Assembly (NCBI GenBank): GCA_963767005.1
Contig: CAVYCN010000019.1
Location: forward strand, 63,611 to 95,610
Direction: 5' to 3'
Origin: an uncultured Actinomycetes bacterium
Lineage (GTDB): Bacteria; Actinomycetota; Thermoleophilia; UBA2241
Length of the DNA: 32,000 nucleotides
Shown here: piece after piece, positions 26,662-32,000 of the stretch
Numbering within the stretch: the first letter of the stretch is position 1
How the letters are laid out: every line of letters begins with the position of its first letter
Program-made: the position numbers and the translations under genes
Notes under the pieces: generated by a model
Seen by the model: only the letters and a program-made list of their open reading frames with translations
The model's database searches: none
What the model was told of the DNA's origin: nothing

Positions 26662-28881
26662 ATGTCGCCTGCCCGCCGCACCCTGCTCGCCAGCCTCGCC
26701 ACCCTCGTCGCTTTGTTCGCCGGCGCCCTGGCCCTGCCCGCCGCCGCCGCCGCGCTGACATCGACCGGCGACGGCTCCTGGGTGTGGCAGAACCCGCAGC
26801 CCATGGGCACCATCATGAACGGCGTCAGCTTCGTGTCGGCCAGCCAGGGCTGGGCCGTCGGCGACGGCGGCGCCGTGCTCATGACCATGAACGGCGGCGC
26901 GACCTGGACGGCCGAGCACTCCGGCTCGTCGGCGTATCTGACGGGCGTCGACTTCACCGACGCGCTGCACGGCTGGGCGGTCGGCGAGATCGGCTACGAG
27001 GGTGTGGTGCTGGCGACCACGAACGGCGGCCTGTCCTGGCGCCTGCAGGACACGGTCGCCAACGACGAGCTCACCGGGGTGCGGTTCGCCGACGCGCGGC
27101 ACGGCTGGATGGTCGGCCTGAACGGCACCACCTTCGCCACGACCGACGGCGGCGCGCACTGGACGAGGCACTCGGGCGCCGCCACCGACAGCCTGTACGG
27201 CATCGCCTGTGCCGGCACCCTGCGGGCCTGGGCCACCGGCGACGGCGGCGAGATCGAGGCCACGACCGACGGCGGCAAGCACTGGCGGCTGCAGGGCGTC
27301 GGCATCACGGACGAGGACCTGAACGCGGTCACCTTCGCCAGCGCTGCCGACGGTTGGGCGGTCGGCGATTCCGGCACGATCGTCGCCACGACCGACGGCG
27401 GCAAGCACTGGCGGCTGCAGGGCGTCGGCATCACGTCGGAGTACCTGAGGGCCGTCGCCTTCCGTGACGCCGCGCACGGCTACGCCGTCGGCAACAGCGG
27501 CACCGTCCTGCGCACGGCAAACGGCGGCAAGAAGTGGACCGCGAGCTCGCCGACGACGGTCGATCTGTGCGCGGTCGCCGCGCCGGCGACCGGCAGGGCC
27601 TGCGCCGTGGGGCGCGACGCGGTCTCGCTGCTCAGTACGAACGGCGGCAGCACCTGGACGCAGCACGGCGCCCAGGGGCCGACCGGAGAGCTCGACGCCG
27701 TGTCCTTCCCCGACGCCCTGAACGGCTGGGCGGCCGGCGACGGTGACGAGACCGTGCTGCACACCAGCGACGGCGGCGCCACGTGGGCGTCGCAGGACGC
27801 CGGCGCGGGAGCCGCGCTTCTGGCCGTGCATTTCGCCGACTCTCAGCACGGCTGGGCGGCCGGGTTCTCGGGCCAAATCTACGGCACCACCGACGGCGGG
27901 CAGACCTGGCAGCAGCAGGGCGCCGGGGTGACGACGCAGAACCTCGAGGCCGTCGCGACGACCGACGCCCAGCACGCCTGGGCGAGCGGCGAGGCCGGCA
28001 CCATCGTCGCCACGACCGACGGCGGTCAGACCTGGCAGCAGCAGAGCGTCGATCTCCCGACAGGCTACGGGACCGACACGGTCTACAGCCTGGCCTTCGC
28101 CAGCGACGACGTCGGCTGGGCCGCCTGTTTTAACCCGATGTCGGGCTCGCGGAACGGCGTGATCCTCGGCACCACCAACGGCGGCGGGACCTGGACGGTC
28201 CAGTACTCGAACGACAACGACGAGCTGTACGCCGCAGCCTGTGCAGGCACGTCCGACGCCTGGGTCGCGTCGAGCACGAACAGCACTGTGTACCGCACGA
28301 CCGACGGCGGCACGACGTGGACCCCGGTGGGGCTCGGCGCGCTCGCCAGCGGCGTGCTCAGCGTCGCCTTCGCCCCCGACGCTCTCCACGGCTGGGCGAC
28401 CACGTGGATGCCGACCGACGGCATTATCGCGACGACCGACGGCGGCGCCACCTGGACGGGGCAGGACGTCGGCACGGGCCAGTCCCTGTACGGCCTGGCC
28501 TGTACCGATGCGACCCACGCCTGGGCCGTCGGCGAAGAGGGCGGCATCCTCGCCACGGCCACCGGCGGCGTGCGCGACACGACGCGCCCCCGCACGACTG
28601 CGCTCAAGGCCGTCACGGTAGTGCACAACCACCGCTGCAGCCTGCGCTACAAGGTCACCGACGCGGGCGGCGGCACGGCCCTCGTCGTCATCCTCATCAA
28701 GACCACGCACGGCAAGCTCGTGCGCTCGCTCACGCTCGGCTCGCGAGCCGAGAACACACCGCTGTCGGTCTCGCTCAAGGCGACGATGGCCAAGGGCAGC
28801 TACCGCTGGTACGTCGTGGCGACCGACGCCGCCGGCAACACGCAGGCGAGCGTCGGCAGCGCGAAGCTGACCGTCAAGTAG
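26662..28881 (+). CDS. Secreted multi-blade beta-propeller protein (Ycf48/PSII_BNR-like Asp-box repeats) with a C-terminal Ig-like domain
   Basis: I trimmed the ORF to the ATG at 26662, which is preceded by GGGGGGAA. The signal peptide is 'MSPARRTLLASLATLVALFAGALALPAAAAA' (possibly Tat-type RR). About 13 repeats of ~42 aa follow, with the pattern 'L..V.F.D...GWAVG..G.I..T.DGG.TW..Q'. The final ~95 aa form a beta-rich domain. Confidence 0.8.
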   Translation: MSPARRTLLASLATLVALFAGALALPAAAAALTSTGDGSWVWQNPQPMGTIMNGVSFVSASQGWAVGDGGAVLMTMNGGATWTAEHSGSSAYLTGVDFTDALHGWAVGEIGYEGVVLATTNGGLSWRLQDTVANDELTGVRFADARHGWMVGLNGTTFATTDGGAHWTRHSGAATDSLYGIACAGTLRAWATGDGGEIEATTDGGKHWRLQGVGITDEDLNAVTFASAADGWAVGDSGTIVATTDGGKHWRLQGVGITSEYLRAVAFRDAAHGYAVGNSGTVLRTANGGKKWTASSPTTVDLCAVAAPATGRACAVGRDAVSLLSTNGGSTWTQHGAQGPTGELDAVSFPDALNGWAAGDGDETVLHTSDGGATWASQDAGAGAALLAVHFADSQHGWAAGFSGQIYGTTDGGQTWQQQGAGVTTQNLEAVATTDAQHAWASGEAGTIVATTDGGQTWQQQSVDLPTGYGTDTVYSLAFASDDVGWAACFNPMSGSRNGVILGTTNGGGTWTVQYSNDNDELYAAACAGTSDAWVASSTNSTVYRTTDGGTTWTPVGLGALASGVLSVAFAPDALHGWATTWMPTDGIIATTDGGATWTGQDVGTGQSLYGLACTDATHAWAVGEEGGILATATGGVRDTTRPRTTALKAVTVVHNHRCSLRYKVTDAGGGTALVVILIKTTHGKLVRSLTLGSRAENTPLSVSLKATMAKGSYRWYVVATDAAGNTQASVGSAKLTVK
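27259..27435 (+). repeat. Intragenic perfect 51-nt duplication, one propeller blade (126 nt) apart
   Basis: 27259..27309 is identical to 27385..27435 (gccacgaccgacggcggcaagcactggcggctgcagggcgtcggcatcacg). A second, less perfect pair with the same 126-nt offset lies around 27889 and 28015. Confidence 0.85.
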
Positions 28882-30682
28882 AGGGTGAGAAAGGCCCGAG
28901 AGCGGCGGCCGGCGCAGCCGGCCGCCGCTCTCGCGGCACCGTGGCGATCGGCATCCGCCAGCCCACACCGAAGGCACGGTCGGTGACCTTCAGGCCCGGC
29001 GCCGCCTGCTTGCGCTTGAACTCGTTGGCGGCCACCAGGCGCACGACGCGCTCGACGGTCGCCCGCTCATAGCCGCGGACGACGATCTCGTCGGCCCCCA
29101 GGTGCTCCTCGATCAGCAGCGCGAGGATACCGTCGAGCACGTCGTAGGGCGGCAGGCTGTCCTGGTCGGTCTGGTCGGGTCGCAGCTCGGCCGACGGCGC
29201 CTTGTCGATGATCGCCCGGGGGATCACCTCGTGCCCCTCGCGCTCGTTCACAAAGCGCGCCACGGCGTAGACCATGGTCTTGGGCACGTCGGAGATCACG
29301 GCGAGACCGCCGGACATGTCGCCGTAGATCGTGCAGTAGCCCACCGCGAGCTCCGACTTGTTGCCGGTCGTGAGCAGCAGCGAGTCGAACTTGTTGGAGA
29401 GCGCCATGAGCAGGTTGCCGCGGATGCGCGCCTGGACGTTCTCTTCGGTCACGCCGGGCGGGAGCCCGGCGAACACCGGCGCCAGGGCCGCGTCGAAGGC
29501 GGCCATGAGGTCGGCGATCGGCAGGGTCACCGTGCGCAGGCCGAGGTTGGCGGACAGGGCGCGGGCGTCGGTCACGCTGCCTTCGCTCGAGAACGGCGAC
29601 GGCATGAGCACGGTCAGCACGTTGCCGGCGCCGAGCGCCTCGGCCGCCACGGTCGCAACCAGAGCCGAGTCGATGCCGCCCGAGAGGCCGAGCAGGGCGC
29701 GCCGAAAACCGCTCTTGGCGACGTAGTCGCGTACGCCGAGCACGAGTGCCTGCCACACCTCGGCGGCCGGCGTGAAGTCGTCGGGGGCAAGCGCGGCCGG
29801 CGGCGCGAGCGGCACAGCGCGTGCCGTGGCGGGCCCGTCGCGCCGGCCGGCGCTGGCGTCGCCGGCCGCGGCCGGCGACGCTGCGGCGGCCGCGTCGCCG
29901 GCAGGGCCGGCCGCGAGCTCGTCGAGCTCGACGACGAGCACGTCGGGGGCGAAGGCGGCGGCGCGAGCGACGAGCGCGCCTTCGGCGGTAAAGGCGCAGC
30001 TGCGCCCGTCGAAGACGAGCTCGTCGGCCGCGCCCACCTGGTTCACGTAGATCACCGGCACGCGGTACTTGCGGGCGAGCGCGCCGAGCATGGCCTCGCG
30101 GTGACGCTGCTTGCCCATGGTGAAGGGCGAGGCCGAGAGGTTGAGCACGCACGAAGCGCCGGCGCCGATCAGCTCGCCGACGGGGTCTGAGTGGTAGCGC
30201 CGCCGCTGCCAGAAGTCGCGGTCGTTCCAGACGTCCTCACAGACCGACACCCCCAGGCGGCGGCCGTCCCAGGCGAGCACCTGCGCACCCCGGGCCGGCT
30301 CGAAGTAGCGGTCCTCGTCGAAGACGTCGTAGGTGGGCAGCAGCGTCTTGCGGTAGACCTCGCGCACCTCGCCGCCGGCGAGCAGCGCGGCCGCGTTGAA
30401 GAGCGGCCGCCCGGCGCCCTCGTTGGTCTCGGCGAGACCGACGAGCAGGGGCGGCCCCGCGGCGAGCTCGCGCGCGAGCTCGCCGCACACCCGCCAGGAG
30501 CGCTCCACGAACGAGCGCCGCAGCAGCAGGTCGCGCGGCGGGTAGCCCAGCAGCACGAGCTCCGAGGCAACGGCAAGATCGGCGCCGGCGCGGCCCGCGG
30601 CCGCGGCGGCCGCGGCGATCAGCGCGGCGTTGCCCTCGAGGTCGCCGACCGTCGGGTCGAGCTGCAGAAGGGCGATCTTCAC
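28874..30682 (-). CDS. nadE: Glutamine-dependent NAD+ synthetase (CN-hydrolase domain plus NAD synthetase domain)
   Basis: I trimmed the ORF to the GTG at 30682, which overlaps the stop of the upstream gene (GTGA). The N-terminal nitrilase-like domain begins 'VKIALLQLDPTVGDLEGN'. The synthetase domain carries the PP-loop 'LGLSGGIDSALVA'. Confidence 0.9.
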   Translation of the reverse strand: MKIALLQLDPTVGDLEGNAALIAAAAAAAGRAGADLAVASELVLLGYPPRDLLLRRSFVERSWRVCGELARELAAGPPLLVGLAETNEGAGRPLFNAAALLAGGEVREVYRKTLLPTYDVFDEDRYFEPARGAQVLAWDGRRLGVSVCEDVWNDRDFWQRRRYHSDPVGELIGAGASCVLNLSASPFTMGKQRHREAMLGALARKYRVPVIYVNQVGAADELVFDGRSCAFTAEGALVARAAAFAPDVLVVELDELAAGPAGDAAAAASPAAAGDASAGRRDGPATARAVPLAPPAALAPDDFTPAAEVWQALVLGVRDYVAKSGFRRALLGLSGGIDSALVATVAAEALGAGNVLTVLMPSPFSSEGSVTDARALSANLGLRTVTLPIADLMAAFDAALAPVFAGLPPGVTEENVQARIRGNLLMALSNKFDSLLLTTGNKSELAVGYCTIYGDMSGGLAVISDVPKTMVYAVARFVNEREGHEVIPRAIIDKAPSAELRPDQTDQDSLPPYDVLDGILALLIEEHLGADEIVVRGYERATVERVVRLVAANEFKRKQAAPGLKVTDRAFGVGWRMPIATVPRERRPAAPAAALGPFSPST

Positions 30683-32000
30683 GCGTCGCCCGCGATGCCG
30701 GGCGCGGCCTGGGGCAGCGCCGGCTCGGAGAGCGTCGGGATGCGGCCGGCGAAGATGTTGCCGGTACGGCCGTCGATCGACAGCCAGTCGCCGGCGTGCA
30801 GCTCGGCGCCGGCCAGTCGGGCGACGCCGCTGCGCTCGATCACCTCGAGGTCGCGGCAGTCGACGACCGCCGTCTTGCCGAGCCGCTTGGCGGTCACCGC
30901 GGCGTGGGAGGTGGCGCCGCCGCGGGCCGTCAGGATGGCGTTCACCCGCGTGATCATGGCGATGTCCTCGGGCACGGTGTCGGGCCGCAGCAGCACGATG
31001 TTCTCGCCGGGCGCCTCGCTCAGGAGCTGCTCGATCTGCTGAGCGTTCACCGCGACGCGTCCCGAGTAGGCGCCGCCCGACACGCCCATGCCGACCGCGA
31101 CCGGCGGTCCGAACTCGGGCGACGACGTGTCGAAGTAGGCGGCCTCGCGCGACTGCCGGCGGCCCTGCACCACGGCGCGCTTCTGCAGCACGTACAGGTC
31201 GGCCGCGTCGGGCCCCTCGAAGGTGAACTCGAGCTCCTGCGGGTCGTACTCTTGCTCGCCGACGAGCTCGCGGGCGACCTTGAGCAGCTCGCCATAGACG
31301 GCGGGGTAGTCGCGCTCGAGCGAGTGGTCGGTGCCGCGATAGGTGGGGCTGCCCAGGCGCTGCGCCTCGGAGATCGGCAGCGGGAACACGAGCCCGCCGA
31401 CCAGGTCCTCGCCCTGGCTCTGCATGGCGAAGTCGCCGAACAGGCGCACCTGGCGGCTGTAGGGGTCGAGCGGGTTGTGGGTGAAGGTCACGCCCGAGCC
31501 CGACTCGCGGCTCAGGTTGCCGAACACCATGCGCTGCACGACGACTGCCGTCCCCCACTCCTCGGCCACGCCGACGTACTGGCGGTAGAGGCGGGCGTGC
31601 GGCGAGTCCCACGACTCGAGCACCTTGAACACGCACGACACGAGCTGCGCGAACGGGTCCTCGACGAACACCACCCCGCCCTGGCGGGCGCGGTCCTTGT
31701 AGGTGAAGGCGATCTCACGCATCTGCGCGACCGTGAAGTCGAGCTTCTGCTCGACGCCGTAGCGCTCCTTGAACTCGCTCATGATCGCGTCGAAGAAGTC
31801 GCGGTCGATGCCCGACGACATCGCCCACGACTGCAGGAAGCGCCGGTAGCAGTCCCAGGCGGCCCAGCTCAGGCGCGGCTCGGCCGACATCGACTCGGCG
31901 AGCTCGTCGTTCAGGCCGACATTGACGAAGGTCGTCATGAGGCCCGGCATCGAGACGGCGGCGCCCGAGCGGATCGACAGCAGCAGGGGGCGCGCGGGGT
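30679..32000 (-). CDS. Pyruvate,phosphate dikinase-like protein (ATP-grasp nucleotide-binding domain plus phosphohistidine swivel domain) lacking the PEP/pyruvate TIM-barrel; 5' end lies outside the window
   Basis: It is collinear with the PPDK N-terminal two-thirds: 'SMPGLMTTFVNVGLND', 'WGTAVVVQRMVFGN', 'SGSGVTFTHNP', 'QGEDLVGG', and the swivel domain 'ILTARGGATSHAAVTAKRLGKTAVV'. It ends about 45 aa after the catalytic His motif. The frame is open to base 32000. Confidence 0.8.
   Translation of the reverse strand, partial: PARPLLLSIRSGAAVSMPGLMTTFVNVGLNDELAESMSAEPRLSWAAWDCYRRFLQSWAMSSGIDRDFFDAIMSEFKERYGVEQKLDFTVAQMREIAFTYKDRARQGGVVFVEDPFAQLVSCVFKVLESWDSPHARLYRQYVGVAEEWGTAVVVQRMVFGNLSRESGSGVTFTHNPLDPYSRQVRLFGDFAMQSQGEDLVGGLVFPLPISEAQRLGSPTYRGTDHSLERDYPAVYGELLKVARELVGEQEYDPQELEFTFEGPDAADLYVLQKRAVVQGRRQSREAAYFDTSSPEFGPPVAVGMGVSGGAYSGRVAVNAQQIEQLLSEAPGENIVLLRPDTVPEDIAMITRVNAILTARGGATSHAAVTAKRLGKTAVVDCRDLEVIERSGVARLAGAELHAGDWLSIDGRTGNIFAGRIPTLSEPALPQAAPGIAGDA

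Noticed and set aside
26800-28600. Regularly spaced ~126-nt repeats that could be mistaken for a CRISPR array or satellite.
   Set aside because: The repeats are in frame inside one long ORF and encode propeller blades (the DGG.TW motif). The sequence between them is also coding, and there is no repeat-spacer structure.

Overview
This is a very GC-rich chromosomal segment (above 70% G+C by eye) with actinobacterial-style organisation: GGAGG-type ribosome-binding sites, GTGA/ATGA-coupled genes, and many long spurious antisense ORFs. I can support about 25 protein-coding genes. I found no rRNA, tRNA, CRISPR array, transposase, integrase or phage genes.

Gene content:
- Housekeeping: yajC, ftsH, pntAA-pntAB-pntB, feoB with a DtxR-family repressor, hutH, rpsR, nadE, a fused chorismate-utilising synthase, a quinone oxidoreductase and a pirin.
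- Signalling and accessory: an HTH-GAF-HD-GYP-GGDEF protein; a GAF-GAF-GGDEF cyclase next to a secreted multi-blade Ycf48/BNR-like propeller; an ABC-2 exporter with a HisKA_3 kinase and LuxR-type regulator; an orphan nucleotidyltransferase-fold protein; and an ArsC/LMW-PTP-like protein.

No recognisable defence island or mobile element is present. The observations most worth follow-up are:
1. An AT-rich palindromic core, GACGTTTGTC, occurs exactly three times, with weaker relatives elsewhere. It sits in front of the ABC/two-component operon and the nucleotidyltransferase-like gene, which suggests a small local regulon.
2. Reading-frame disruptions cluster at 6.2-8.2 kb. The ftsH N-terminus is out of frame, and the sensor kinase is split over three frames.
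3. A PPDK-like protein lacks the PEP/pyruvate TIM-barrel domain and is translationally coupled to nadE.
4. An ArsC-like protein has its P-loop nucleophile cysteine replaced by serine.
5. A CopC/CopD-like gene is shortened and has no canonical start codon.
6. A 61-bp tandem duplication covers the 3' end of hutH.

All functional calls come from motif recognition by eye in the supplied translations. No database search was run.
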